Shown here piece after piece: positions 1 through 13,727 of a stretch of 64,000 nt of DNA (positions are counted from its first letter, which is position 1; each line of letters begins with the position of its first letter). Both the position numbers and the translations under genes were made by a program. Origin of the DNA: Octopus vulgaris (Eukaryota); assembly GCA_951406725.2 (NCBI GenBank), contig OX597834.1, forward strand, positions 25,544,001 to 25,608,000. Reading direction: 5' to 3'. The notes beneath the pieces were generated by a model. It saw nothing but the letters and a program-made list of their open reading frames with translations. It ran no database searches and had not been told where the DNA came from.

Positions 1-472
1 TGAAATTTCGCGGGGAGGGTATAGTCGAACTTGTACTTGTTTTATCAACCCCGAAAGGATGAAAGGCAAAGTCGACTTTAGCAGAACTAGAACTCAGATC
101 GTAAAGACAGAATGAAATGCCACTAAGCATTTTGCCCAGCATGTTAACGATTCTACCAGCACGTCACCCTTGCAAAGGAAGATGATGATAACAACAATAA
201 CACTTGTTTCTAGCAAAGGCACAAGGCCTGTAATTTTGGGGGAGGGTGAAGTTAGTTGATTATGCTGGATCAAGTTTGACTGGTACCCCAGGAGGATTGA
301 AAGACAAAGTAGGATTTAAGCAGATTAATGAAAGATGTGGTTAAAGTTGACCACAAGAGAGACTGAACTTTATGGAGGAGACAAAAAAAGGGAAACACAT
401 CATGAGACACCACACAAAAGGAGGAGGATAATGGGGAAGGATTTTTAACATGTAATAATGATCTCTAGCATG

Positions 473-512
<40 letters not shown>

Positions 513-1272
513 ATAATAGCTTTATAGCGAAGGACAATTTACAAACAATAAAAAAATTTATCCTCACTCACTGAGGTAAGGGGAGGGGGTGCTAAAATGA
601 AAAAGAAAAAACTATCAAGAAGATGCAGAAAAAAAAAGATTCTAGAAAGTTTGATTTGTAACCATGTGCTTTCAAGGTTCAGTCTCAGAGTATGGCATTT
701 TGGGCAAGTATTTTCTACAATAGCCCTGGGTTGCCCATTGCTTTGAGAGTGAATTCGATAGATGGAAACAAGGAGGAAACTCATCATATATACACACACA
801 CACATATACAAATACACATTTATGTGTATAAATATGCTGTATGTGTTTTTCACCACTTACTGCTAGCTACAGTTGGTTTGTTTATATGCCTATAACTTAT
901 TAGTTTGCCAAAAAAAAAAAAATGACCAAAACAATAAATACCTGACTCATATCTCTAGAATCACACACCCTATAGAACATCTGTTGAATGAGGAGGACTC
1001 AGTACCAAAATTACATCAGATTGTCCTGTATTAACTACCTTTGCTCAATCAGAGCAGCCCCAGGAATATGGAACTGACAAAGGAGCCACTATGTGGTTGC
1101 TCAACATACTAGAAATAACAGCCAAATTTCCAAATCACAACATCCCATTTAAAAAAAAGAAGGACTCACTGGATAACGTAGTCATAGATACAATAGATCC
1201 TACATAGTAAGCCTGAATGAAGGACCATAAACTAGAGTGAAATACCATGTAAAATAAAGTTGTTTAATAAGT

Positions 1273-1527
1273 TCAGTAACCTTTGACAGAACATGAATCC
1301 AAGAAGTCCTCAACCAATTTAAGAAGAAAATATGATAATGGAGGTACTGTAATTAACAGGTTATTGTTTATGTGATGACAGCTAATCTGACAACCTGACA
1401 AATGAGGTGATGGGATATAACCTCTTCGAGTTAAGTTTAATACAGTAGGGACTTGTGGCCATAAGATATATTGGGTCACAAGTTGACACAAAGAGGAAAC
1501 TTTCTTTTGAATTCTCTTATAAAGAAG
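1273..1527 (-). CDS. Candidate exon (duplicate of 10820-11074)
   Basis: Strong acceptor ttttctttccctttcacactcag|CTTCTT. Phase-0 frame is open for 84 aa (LLYKRIQKKV...SCSVKGY*) and followed by ATTAAA; phase-2 frame reads FFIREFKRKFPLCVNL*. Confidence 0.3.
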   Translation of the reverse strand, partial: LLYKRIQKKVSSLCQLVTQYILWPQVPTVLNLTRRGYIPSPHLSGCQISCHHINNNLLITVPPLSYFLLKLVEDFLDSCSVKGY

Positions 1528-1782
1528 CTGAGTGTGAAAGGGAAAGAAAATAACAAAAATAGATGACCTCATTAACTTGTTTCTTCATTAATGATTAGAT
1601 AACGAAACTAATAAACAAACAAGGTTGTAAAGTTGATAAATAGGTTGATAAAGCTAAACAAAGGCTGAGAAGGGTGACATATCAACTAATATAAAAGAAT
1701 GAAAAAAGTAAAACAACCATACAAGTATCTAGAGCTTTAGTTTGTTTCATATATGATAAAACCATGCTTCACTACCCCTTTC

Positions 1783-1825
<43 letters not shown>

Positions 1826-2115
1826 AAAATATGTCAATATTTGTTTTATATTCAGTTATAACAAAAACAATTTTACATCAACCCTTTAGAATTATCAACA
1901 GGCCTATTTAGGAGCCATGGGTCCTGAGATTAAAATGTACCCAGACTATGCCATAAAATGCTTAGTGATAAGGAGTGATAATGGTTAGTGTTGGGTAGGT
2001 GTGAGAGGCCAGGTCTGGCTGATCTGAAGATAAAACTGGTAGAACACTTGGGCTGGATATAGCATGTTTAAATTCTAAAGGGTTACGGTAAAATTGTTTT
2101 TATTATTCAACAGAT

Positions 2116-2527
2116 AGGCGCAGGAGTGGCTGTGTGGTAAGTAGCTTGTTTACCAACCACATGGTTCCAGGTTCAGTCCCACTGTGTGGCACCTTGGGCA
2201 AGTGTCTTCTACTATAGCCTCAGGCCAACCAAAGCCTTGTGAGTGGATTTGGTAGACAGAAACTGAAAGAAGCCTGTCGTATATATGTATATATATATGT
2301 GCGTGTGTGTGTTTGTGTGTCTGTATTTGTCCCCCTAGCATTGCTTGACAACCGATGCTGGTGTGTTTATGTCCCCGTTACTTAGCGGTTCAGCAAAAGA
2401 GACCGATAGAATAAGTACTGGGCTTACAAAAGAATAAATCCCGGGGTCGAGTTGCTCGATTAAAGGCGGTGCTCCAGCATGGCCGCAGTCAAATGACTGA
2501 AACAAGTAAAAGAGTAAGAGTAAAGAG
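2116..2527 (+). mobile_element. tRNA-derived SINE, family A (also at 11662-12072)
   Basis: A box TGGCTGTGTGG, B box GGTTCAGTCCC, body ccttgggcaagtgtctt, internal TA/TG tract, (AGAGTA)-type tail; many copies in the window. Confidence 0.9.
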
Positions 2528-3264
2528 AGATAAAAATAAAAAGACATCCACAACAGTTACGATTGCTGCTATATCAAATGAGAAATGACTGAGGCAAGTA
2601 GTAAGAAACTGAATCAGATCCTTCCAACCGATGCCAGGATGGGGAAAAGAAATCCCGATGTAAAATGATAATTTCCGGACCCCTAAATTATTTTGTGTCC
2701 ACTACTCCATCCATTCCCATGTCCTTTGTAAACCCTCCAAGACTAGTGATAAGAGAACCAAACTCTGAATCACGTGGGAGAAATAAGTGCCATTGCTCCA
2801 ACATGTCAATAATTTAAAGGATAACTCAATATTTCAGACCAGAAGTTAAGTCAACTGATAGTTTTCATTCATCAACCCCAATTTTACTCCATCAAAACTT
2901 GGGTTGACACAAAGCTATATATTAGATGCTGCACAGTAAGATCAAATCCAGGACCAACATCTTACTATGAAGCTCTTGAATTAATCTCCATCCTGATGCA
3001 CTGCTTTCATCTTCACTTTAAAATCCAGATCCACAGTTAATCAGTGTATTAATCAGTTTATAATACTAAAAAACCACACAGATAATCTTCATACTTAGGA
3101 GAAAAAAAAAACTCTAGCAGTTTTTTTTAAAAATTCTTTTACTGCTTTTGTTCACTTGACTTTGGCCATGCTGCAGCACTGCTCTCAAAGGACTTTATCA
3201 GTGTATTTACTGAATAGCAGAGTTATGTTTTTGACACAATGCCTGCTGTTTTAGCCATGTAACG

Positions 3265-3492
3265 TTATCCCTTTAGTATTTAAACCGGCCATATCCGGCT
3301 AAAATAGTTAATCTGTTTTATGTTCAAACTGACCAGATCCAGGCTCTCGCACCTACCCTACAATGTTATTCTACATTAGGTAATTACACCATCAAGATCT
3401 TGAAGATATGAGATAATGCATGATTAATTCAAATCAATGTGAATCAATAAGTATTATGTTTGATAGAATAATCTGAACGCATAAAGGGTTAA
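3265..3492. mobile_element. piggyBac-type MITE family 1 (also 12811-13036)
   Basis: CCCTTTAG...TAAAGGG ends with TTAA-like flanks; ~225 bp. Confidence 0.8.
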
Positions 3493-3584
3493 AGGCAAAC
3501 ACACAGACTTCCATACAAATTCTATCTAACAAAGTTTCTTCACAAACTATTGTCAACTCTATTATCGCATTGATGTTGCTCATG

Positions 3585-3684
3585 NNNNNNNNNNNNNNNN
3601 NNNNNNNNNNNNNNNNNNNNNNNNNNNNNNNNNNNNNNNNNNNNNNNNNNNNNNNNNNNNNNNNNNNNNNNNNNNNNNNNNNNN
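3585..3684. other. Assembly gap (100 N)
   Basis: Run of exactly 100 N, a usual placeholder for a gap of unknown size. Confidence 0.99.
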
Positions 3685-4080
3685 ATCAACTTTGGAAAGA
3701 TGAAACACCAAGCATGTAGGGATTTAAGCTCAGAATATACATGGATGTAACTAAACAACACAAGGCAGTTAGACCAATGTCCAGCAATTCCTCCATTAAC
3801 CACTTCCCAACAACCATTTCCTAGCAGCCATAAACAGTTTAGTTCCAAGTTTCAGGTATGGGAAACCTGAAACATGACACATTAATCAGTCAGGCCACAC
3901 TCCTAATAAATTCAAGGTAATTTTTCATTAGGTGTGCCATTCAGAAGATCCCACAAACCATAGTTTGCCCATGACTGCTCTAAATTATTTTCCTTATTTT
4001 GTTCACCAACATTTACAGTATATACTCCATGTCTGAAACCTCATTTCCCCACCATCAACAACAACTCATAAAAAGGAAAA

Positions 4081-4550
4081 TTAACCCTTTAACATTTAAA
4101 CCAAGTCTTATCTGGCCAAAATAGTCTACCTGTTTTATCTTCAGACTAGCCATATCTAGCCTCTCGCACTTACCCTACAATACTACTCTAAAAACAAATA
4201 ATCACTTGATTGAAATCCCAAAGCTATAAGATAATACGTGACTAATTCAAAGCAATGTGAATTAATAAACATTAAATTTGACAGATCTGAATACTAAAGG
4301 CTTAAACCAAAATATAGTGGGTTAACCTTTTAGTGTTCACATTATTCTACCATAATTAATGCTTTTTTATCCACATTGTTTTGAACTAGTCATGCATTAT
4401 CTTGTAGCTATGAGATTTTGATGAGGTAGCTGTTAATTTTTAAAACGATATTGTAGGGTTGGTGTAAGAGACCAGATCTGGCCAGTTTGAACATAAAACA
4501 GGCAGAATACTTTTGGCCGCATATGGTCGGTTTAAATGCTAAAGGGTTAA
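4081..4550. mobile_element. Two adjacent, oppositely oriented piggyBac-type MITEs (4081-4305, 4322-4550)
   Basis: ttaaccctttaac...ctaaaggcttaa and ttaaccttttag...ctaaagggttaa. Confidence 0.8.
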
Positions 4551-4815
4551 ACAACAATATTGCTGAAATGGTGTTGGTTCCAAGTTCAAAATCTTATGAA
4601 AATCCATCTCTCTGTTTGCTTTTCACCTTTCTAGTTTCAGTTGACAAAATAAGTAGCAACCAAGTACTTTTGTGCATGGAATTGAATGTAAAATTCCCAC
4701 AAAATTTTGTAATACTGCAGCTATGCAAAGAAATGGGTAGTAGCTAACTTTAACACCAACACCCCAACCTGGTCTTTGGGTGCCTGCAGTTGAATATGCA
4801 AGTATTCCGATATCC

Positions 4816-5204
4816 GTGGAGGCGCAATGGCCCAGTGGTTAGGGCAGCGGACACGCGGTCATAGGATCGCGGTTTCAATTCCCAGACCGGGCGTTGTGAG
4901 TGTTTATTGAGCGAAAACACCTAAAAGTTCCCCGAGGCTCCAGCAGGGGGTGGTGGTGATCCCTGCTGTACTCTTTCACCACAACTTTCTCTCACTCTTA
5001 CTTCCTGTTTCTGTTGTACCTGTATTTCAAGGGGCCGGCCTTGTCACTCTCTGTGTCACGCTGAATATCCCCGAGAACTACGTTAAGGGTGCACGTGTCT
5101 GTGGAGTGCTCAGCCACTTACACGTTAATTTCACGAGCAGGCTGTTCCGTTGATTCGGATCAACCGGAACCCTCATCGTCGTAACCGACAGAGTGCTTCC
5201 ATCC
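4816..5204 (+). mobile_element. tRNA-derived SINE, family B, 12-bp TSD
   Basis: A box TGGCCCAGTGG, B-box-like GGTTTCAATTCC; TSD attccgatatcc at 4804-4815 and 5205-5216. Confidence 0.93.
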
Positions 5205-5469
5205 ATTCCGATATCCAACCAGCTTCCATTAAACATATACAAAAATATACAAAAAGAGATGCTAATGAATTCATACAGTGATGTCAAACAACTAAACTGC
5301 CCATTCACTGAATTAGCACACAAAGTAGTTAAACATTCCATATATCTATATAATTTGAATGTAATTCTCACGTAAGAACAGTGTGACAAATGGGATAAGG
5401 CTGCACAGTAGAATTACAGGTACAAACGGGACAGAAATATCTTGTGACATTTACATTCAACTGAGCTTT

Positions 5470-5881
5470 CTCTCTTAACTCTTTACTCTTTTACTTGTTT
5501 CAGTCATTTGACTGCGGCCATGCTTGAGCACCACCTTTAATCGAGCAACTCGACCCTGGGACTTATTCTTTGTAAGCCCAGTACTTATTCTATCGGTCTC
5601 TTTGCCGAACCGCTAAGTGACGGGGACATAAACACACCAGAATCAGTTGTCAAGCAATACTAGGGGGACAAACACAGACACACAAACACACACGCACATA
5701 TATATATGCATATATACGACGGGCTTCTTTCAGTTTCCGTCTACCAAATCCACTCACAAGGCTTTGGTCGGCCCAAGGCTATAGTAGAGGACACATGCCC
5801 AAGGTGCCACGCAGTGGGACTGAACCCGGAACCATGTGGTTGATAAGCAAGCTACTTACCACACAGCCACACCTACGCCTA
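5470..5881 (-). mobile_element. SINE family A
   Basis: Reverse complement of 2116-2527. Confidence 0.9.
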
Positions 5882-7352
5882 TTATCTTACAAAAAAAAAA
5901 AGCTCCAGCATAGCCATAATCCTCTCCTATGAACCTCTGTATCCTCTCTTATGCTCACCCTCTCGTACCTTGACAGTTTGCTCACACACCCCATCACTAC
6001 CTTCCTTTTGCCTCCATCATACTTTAGTCTTTCAACACCTGGCATAAAGCCAACTACCTCCACGTTCCCTCTCAAATACTCCCCCTCTTTAGTCATGGGC
6101 ACTTGCCCCACCCCCACCCTGTTCCTTTTCTGAGGTTTATACGGGCAACCTCACTAGTGCTAGTGGTACACAAAAACACCCAGTATACATTGTAAAGTGG
6201 TTGGCATCAGGAAGGAAATCCAGCCACAGAAACTATGCCAAGGCTGACATTGGAGCTTGATGCAGCCTTGTAACATGCCGGATACTGTCAAACCATCCAA
6301 TAACTGATATAGGATAAGATTGTCATTTTAGTAAATCAACTTGTGTCACCTCATCTCTCATGACTTATCAACACCAAATATAACATTCACTTCAGAAATA
6401 TGTATGGGTTGGGGGATAAGAAAGGAACCAATAGGACAATAAAAAGGGCTTGTAATCAGTGAACAGAAATTCATTTAATAATTAACTAATCCAATTAAAT
6501 CACACAATTGCTCTTGAAGTGTAAATGTATCGTTGTTGAGTGAAGAATAGGGAAGTCAAATGTGAACAGCAGGTTTAAATGAAGAAAGAAAAAATTAAAA
6601 ATAAGGTTTTCAAAGAAACATTTTACAGGTCAGTTGATTCCTTCCATCACTAGTTCTTTAAAATCAAATCTTGTATTATTCTGGGAGTCCTTCAATGTTA
6701 ACACATCAATGAACAAACAATAAAAGCTTCAAATTAAAATCTACACAAAAGCCCCAAAACTCACAGATCAAAATATAGAGAAGGAAATCAATTCTTTTGC
6801 TTAGTGGGTTATATATATTAATTTACTCAGTAAAAATTAGCTATAATAATAATAATAATGATGATGATAATAATAATAATGATAATAATAATAATGATGA
6901 TGATGATGATAATGATAATAATTTCAAACTTTGGTACAAGGCCAGCCATTTAAAGGAAGGCATAAGTTGATTAAATCAACCCCAGTGCTCAACTGGTACT
7001 TATTTTATCAACTCCATAATGATGAAAGACAAAGTCAACCTCAGAGGAATTTGAACTTAGAATATACAGATGGATGAAATGTGAAGCATTTTGTCCAGCT
7101 TGGTAATGATTCTGCCAGCTTGCCACAATAATGTAAGGATTTCTATGCCATATGGATTAATATCTCGATCATCTTGCACTTGAAGTGTTACCAATTATGT
7201 CTTTTAACTAACCTAGCTGTAGCTAACTGCACACCTCTGTCAGTCAAATATATAGACTAAAAGTGATGCATAATTAATTCCTGTTGAGCTAAGACACTCT
7301 ATGTGGTTGCTTCATCTGCTAGGAACAACAGGTTAGTTTCTTCTGAAATCAT

Positions 7353-7735
7353 ACTCTTTTACTCTTTTACTTGTTTCAGTCATTTGACTGCGGCCATACT
7401 AGAGCACCGCCTTTAGTCATGCAACTCGACCCCGGGACTTATTCTTTGTAAGCCCAGTACTTATTCTATCGGTCTCTTTTTGCCGAACCGCTAAGTAACG
7501 GGGACATAAACACACCAGCATCGGTTGTCAAGGGGGACAGACACAGACACACAAACATACATACATATATACGACAGGCTTCTTTCAGTTTCCGTCTACC
7601 AAATCCACTCACAAGGCTTTGGTCGGCCCGAGGCTATAGTAGAAGACACTTGCCCAAGGTGCCACGCAGTGGGACTGAACCCGGAACCATGTGGTTGATA
7701 GGCAAGCTACTTACCACACAACCACTCCTGCGCCT
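7353..7735 (-). mobile_element. SINE family A, inserted in an older family E repeat
   Basis: Reverse-complement match to family A. Confidence 0.9.
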
Positions 7736-9549
7736 ACAGTCATGTCTTTAAAAGAAAATGCACTGAATAGTGTATTCCTAGATACACTGTGTGGAACAAA
7801 GACAGGACCAGTCATGACTGGAAGACTAGCTCAAGATTGACCTAAGATTTGATAAACAAAGGGAGTTTCTACATGCGCAGCCTCTCAACCTGATAGAAAC
7901 AGCAACCAAATCTCCTTATAATTACATCCTACTCGCTTAAAAGAAAAGTACACACTTGAAAAGAAAGTCTTACACGTAGTCATAAAAAAAAGAAAAACGA
8001 AAGTGGAATGGTCAAGATTCAAATACTTTCAGTCATAAATCTGTTGGACTGGGATTGCCATGGATGTAAAACTAACTAAACTCAGGCCTGAGTCAGTTGT
8101 CCAGTGATAAATCTCAAAACCCTATTGTATAAACCACATAAAAACTTAGACACTACATGTTTCTCTCCCCACAATTCCAAGTTCTGTTGAATTTCTTTTA
8201 CTATTTCAACCTGTTTTGGAATAAACTAGATTAAATCATCATCATCACTATGATGATGATGATGATTCAGTTGCATGTTTAGCCCAAAGTCCGCCCTGAT
8301 CTACCACACCAAGCCATCACCAACATGTTCCTTTCTTAGACACTGGTTTCTAGGCATAATTACATTATTTAATATGTTTTCAGATTGAAATACGAGGGAA
8401 ATTTTGCTGCAATTTCCAGAAGTTGAGCAACCATGGTGAAGGCAAAGATAATGATGATGCTGTAGAAGTTTGTAAAATGATAACCTTTCTTCTCCAATTT
8501 TCCTTGGTGCCAACACCCAGCTTTAGAATGGTGAAGAGTCCTACAGAAAATTTGGTTTTATCTCTAGCCAGCCAAAAGTGAGCAGCAGCAGCAGCCCAAT
8601 GCAAGATTCTATTACCATGGTATTATATATATATATACATATATATATTGCTGACAAAGAAAGAATTGAGATAAGAGACCAAACCAACCTCAAGAAAAGG
8701 AATAACATCTTTAAAAGATTGTATTCCTTCTAATTCTTCAGTTAGACAGCCATTCATTGATGTTGCTTGTGGCAATAGATAAACTGCATTTAAAGAAGAG
8801 AGGGATGGGGAAAATACATTAAATATTTAAATGTACAAATAAGTCACATATTTTAGTTTCAATGTTTGTGTTGTCAACGCTACTGCATGTGCATATGGAC
8901 ACAGACACACACACACACATATATATATATATTTACACACAGAAACATATGGCATAACAGTACTATCCCATTTTCCTCCTGTGTGCTAGGCGATAAAGAA
9001 CAGTCAAGAGTGGTGAAACATTTTAAAACCTATCCAACTCGTGCTTGCTTGGAAAAACAGATGTAAAATGACAGTGACATCTATGTATATAACATTGATA
9101 TTTTCCTTTTACACCTACTGTTCATGTTATGCATGGGTGTGTATGAAAGTGAATAGGTGTACGTGGGGGTATAAAAATATGTTTGGGGTGCATATATATA
9201 TGTGCATGAATATAAATATATATATAAGCACATATACAAATATATATATATATAAGCACATATATATATATATATGTAAGCACACATACACACACAAACT
9301 TTGAAACAAAAACTTGACATTTCATTGAAGTCACACTATCCAAACATCTAGGTACACTGTACATGTGACCTTAACAGCCAATAAATGATTTCAGTACATC
9401 AGGTACAATATAACTACATGCCAATTAAAGACTTTTTAATTGACTTTCACAGACTTCATAATCAATTAGTTTTATAAGATATATATTTTTCATACTCAAT
9501 TAATAACAGTTACAACGATGATAATTCTCTCTACTATAGGCACAAGGCC

Positions 9550-10022
9550 TGAAATTTCGCGGGGAGGGTATAGTCGAACTTGTACTTGTTTTATCAACCC
9601 CGAAAGGATGAAAGGCAAAGTCGACTTTAGCAGAACTAGAACTCAGATCGTAAAGACAGAATGAAATGCCACTAAGCATTTTGCCCAGCATGTTAACGAT
9701 TCTACCAGCACGTCACCCTTGCAAAGGAAGATGATGATAACAACAATAACACTTGTTTCTAGCAAAGGCACAAGGCCTGTAATTTTGGGGGAGGGTGAAG
9801 TTAGTTGATTATGCTGGATCAAGTTTGACTGGTACCCCAGGAGGATTGAAAGACAAAAGTAGGATTTAAGCAGATTAATGAAAGATGTGGTTAAAGTTGA
9901 CCACAAGAGAGACTGAACTTTATGGAGGAGACAAAAAAAGGGAAACACATCATGAGACACCACACAAAAGGAGGAGGATAATGGGGAAGGATTTTTAACA
10001 TGTAATAATGATCTCTAGCATG

Positions 10023-10062
<40 letters not shown>

Positions 10063-11329
10063 ATAATAGCTTTATAGCGAAGGACAATTTACAAACAATA
10101 AAAAAATTTATCCTCACTCACTGAGGTAAGGGGAGGGGGTGCTAAAATGAAAAAGAAAAAACTATCAAGAAGATGCAGAAAAAAAAAGATTCTAGAAAGT
10201 TTGATTTGTAACCATGTGCTTTCAAGGTTCAGTCTCAGAGTATGGCATTTTGGGCAAGTATTTTCTACAATAGCCCTGGGTTGCCCATTGCTTTGAGAGT
10301 GAATTCGATAGATGGAAACAAGGAGGAAACTCATCATATATACACACACACACATATACAAATACACATTTATGTGTATAAATATGCTGTATGTGTTTTT
10401 CACCACTTACTGCTAGCTACAGTTGGTTTGTTTATATGCCTATAACTTATTAGTTTGCCAAAAAAAAAATGACCAAAACAATAAATACCTGACTCATATC
10501 TCTAGAATCACACACCCTATAGAACATCTGTTGAATGAGGAGGACTCAGTACCAAAATTACATCAGATTGTCCTGTATTAACTACCTTTGCTCAATCAGA
10601 GCAGCCCCAGGAATATGGAACTGACAAAGGAGCCACTATGTGGTTGCTCAACATACTAGAAATAACAGCCAAATTTCCAAATCACAACATCCCATTTAAA
10701 AAAAAGAAGGACTCACTGGATAACGTAGTCATAGATACAATAGATCCTACATAGTAAGCCTGAATGAAGGACCATAAACTAGAGTGAAATACCATGTAAA
10801 ATAAAGTTGTTTAATAAGTTCAGTAACCTTTGACAGAACATGAATCCAAGAAGTCCTCAACCAATTTAAGAAGAAAATATGATAATGGAGGTACTGTAAT
10901 TAACAGGTTATTGTTTATGTGATGACAGCTAATCTGACAACCTGACAAATGAGGTGATGGGATATAACCTCTTCGAGTTAAGTTTAATACAGTAGGGACT
11001 TGTGGCCATAAGATATATTGGGTCACAAGTTGACACAAAGAGGAAACTTTCTTTTGAATTCTCTTATAAAGAAGCTGAGTGTGAAAGGGAAAGAAAATAA
11101 CAAAAATAGATGACCTCATTAACTTGTTTCTTCATTAATGATTAGATAACGAAACTAATAAACAAACAAGGTTGTAAAGTTGATAAATAGGTTGATAAAG
11201 CTAAACAAAGGCTGAGAAGGGTGACATATCAACTAATATAAAAGAATGAAAAAAGTAAAACAACCATACAAGTATCTAGAGCTTTAGTTTGTTTCATATA
11301 TGATAAAACCATGCTTCACTACCCCTTTC

Positions 11330-11372
<43 letters not shown>

Positions 11373-13129
11373 AAAATATGTCAATATTTGTTTTATATTC
11401 AGTTATAACAAAACAATTTTACATCAACCCTTTAGAATTATCAACAGGCCTATTTAGGGGCCATGGGTCCTGAGATTAAAATGTACCCAGACTATGCCAT
11501 AAAATGCTTAGTGATAAGGAGTGATAATGGTTAGTGTTGGGTAGGTGTGAGAGGCCAGGTCTGGCTGATCTGAAGATAAAACTGGTAGAACACTTGGGCT
11601 GGATATAGCATGTTTAAATTCTAAAGGGTTACGGTAAAATTGTTTTTATTATTCAACAGATAGGCGCAGGAGTGGCTGTGTGGTAAGTAGCTTGTTTACC
11701 AACCACATGGTTCCAGGTTCAGTCCCACTGTGTGGCACCTTGGGCAAGTGTCTTCTACTATAGCCTCAGGCCAACCAAAGCCTTGTGAGTGGATTTGGTA
11801 GACGGAAACTGAAAGAAGCCTGTCGTATATATGTATATATATATGTGCGTGTGTGTGTTTGTGTGTCTGTATTTGTCCCCTAGCATTGCTTGACAACCGA
11901 TGCTGGTGTGTTTATGTCCCCGTTACTTAGCGGTTCAGCAAAAGAGACCGATAGAATAAGTACTGGGCTTACAAAAGAATAAATCCCGGGGTCGAGTTGC
12001 TCGATTAAAGGCGGTGCTCCAGCATGGCCGCAGTCAAATGACTGAAACAAGTAAAAGAGTAAGAGTAAAGAGAGATAAAAATAAAAAGACATCCACAACA
12101 GTTACGATTGCTGCTATATCAAATGAGAAATGACTGAGGCAAGTAGTAAGAAACTGAATCAGATCCTTCCAACCGATGCCAGGATGGGGAAAAGAAATCC
12201 CGATGTAAAATGATAATTTCCGGACCCCCTAAATTATTTTGTGTCCACTACTCCATCCATTCCCATGTCCTTTGTAAGCCCTCCAAGACTAGTGATAAGA
12301 GAACCAAACTCTGAATCACGTGGGAGAAATAAGGGCCATTGCTCCAACATGTCAATAATTTAAAGGATAACTCAATATTTCAGACCAGAAGTTAAGTCAA
12401 CTGATAGTTTTCATTCATCAACCCCAATTTTACTCCATCAAAACTTGGGTTGACACAAAGCTATATATTAGATGCTGCACAGTAAGATCAAATCCAGGAC
12501 CAACATCTTACTATGAAGCTCTTGAATTAATCTCCATCCTGATGCACTGCTTTCATCTTCACTTTAAAATCCAGATCCACAGTTAATCAGTGTATTAATC
12601 AGTTTATAATACTAAAAAACCACACAGATAATCTTCATACTTAGGAGAAAAAAAAAACTCTAGCAGTTTTTTTTAAAAATTCTTTTACTGCTTTTGTTCA
12701 CTTGACTTTGGCCATGCTGCAGCACTGCTCTCAAAGGACTTTATCAGTGTATTTACTGAATAGCAGAGTTATGTTTTTGACACAATGCCTGCTGTTTTAG
12801 CCATGTAACGTTATCCCTTTAGTATTTAAACCGGCCATATCCGGCTAAAATAGTTAATCTGTTTTATGTTCAAACTGACCAGATCCAGGCTCTCGCACCT
12901 ACCCTACAATGTTATTCTACATTAGGTAATTACACCATCAAGATCTTGAAGATATGAGATAATGCATGATTAATTCAAATCAATGTGAATCAATAAGTAT
13001 TATGTTTGATAGAATAATCTGAACGCTAAAGGGTTAAAGGCAAACACACAGACTTCCATACAAATTCTATCTAACAAAGTTTCTTCACAAACTATTGTCA
13101 ACTCTATTATCGCATTGATGTTGCTCATG
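9550..13129. repeat. Second copy of the 3.6-kb block at 1-3584
   Basis: Direct sequence match as above; this copy continues into unique sequence on both sides. Confidence 0.97.
10820..11074 (-). CDS. Candidate terminal exon of a minus-strand gene, frame uncertain
   Basis: Long polypyrimidine tract plus CAG acceptor at 11075-11077; non-repetitive sequence; 84-codon open frame then ATTAAA. No homology recognised. Confidence 0.4.
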   Translation of the reverse strand, partial: LLYKRIQKKVSSLCQLVTQYILWPQVPTVLNLTRRGYIPSPHLSGCQISCHHINNNLLITVPPLSYFLLKLVEDFLDSCSVKGY

Positions 13130-13289
13130 CTGCAGGTTGTGGCCACATTGAACACTTGTAAGACCAGATATAAAAGTTGATTGTGGTAAATACTTGTGAC
13201 TTAGCTGGAGTTTTCTATTGCTTTTCCTTATTAAAATATTGCGTAATGAAATCAGTTCATTCTTTTTGAATAACCCTATATATATATTC

Positions 13290-13455
13290 TTTCTTTTACT
13301 TGTTTCAGTCATTTGACCGCGGCCATGCTGGAGCACCGCCTTTAGTCGAGCAAATCGACCCCGGGACTTATTCTTTGTAAGCCCAGTACTTATTCTATCG
13401 GTCTCTTTTTGCCGAACCGCTAAGTAACGGGGGATGTAAACACACCAGCACACAA

Positions 13456-13502
<47 letters not shown>

Positions 13503-13660
13503 TACGACAGGCTTCTTTCAGTTTCCGTCTTACAAATCCACTCACAAGGCATTGGTCGGCCCGGGGCTATAGCAGAAGACACTTGCCCAAGGTGCCACGC
13601 AGTGGGACTGAACCCGGAACCATGTGGTTGGTTAGCAAGCTACTTACCACACAGCCACTC

Positions 13661-13662
<2 letters not shown>
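13290..13662 (-). mobile_element. SINE family A
   Basis: Reverse-complement match with an internal deletion. Confidence 0.9.

Positions 13663-13727
<65 letters not shown>

Larger units (their letters stand above)
1..3584. repeat. Near-identical duplicate of 9550-13129, ending at an assembly gap
   Basis: Colinear match, e.g. tgaaatttcgcggggagggt at 1 and 9550 and gttgctcatg at both ends. Only a few substitutions and homopolymer indels; identical ORFs appear twice in the track. Confidence 0.97.

Noticed and set aside
4816-4890. tRNA-like sequences at SINE heads (families A, B, C)
   Set aside because: They have A and B boxes but no clean cloverleaf, and run into repeat bodies with TSDs, so they are SINEs rather than tRNA genes.
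4950-5153. Recurrent ORF MVVIPAVLFHHNF... (also 26202, 32580, 55368)
   Set aside because: Chance frame inside SINE family B; recurrence reflects copy number.
8301-8604. Overlapping 71-74 aa minus-strand ORFs
   Set aside because: Weak acceptor; the distal part is a family E repeat.
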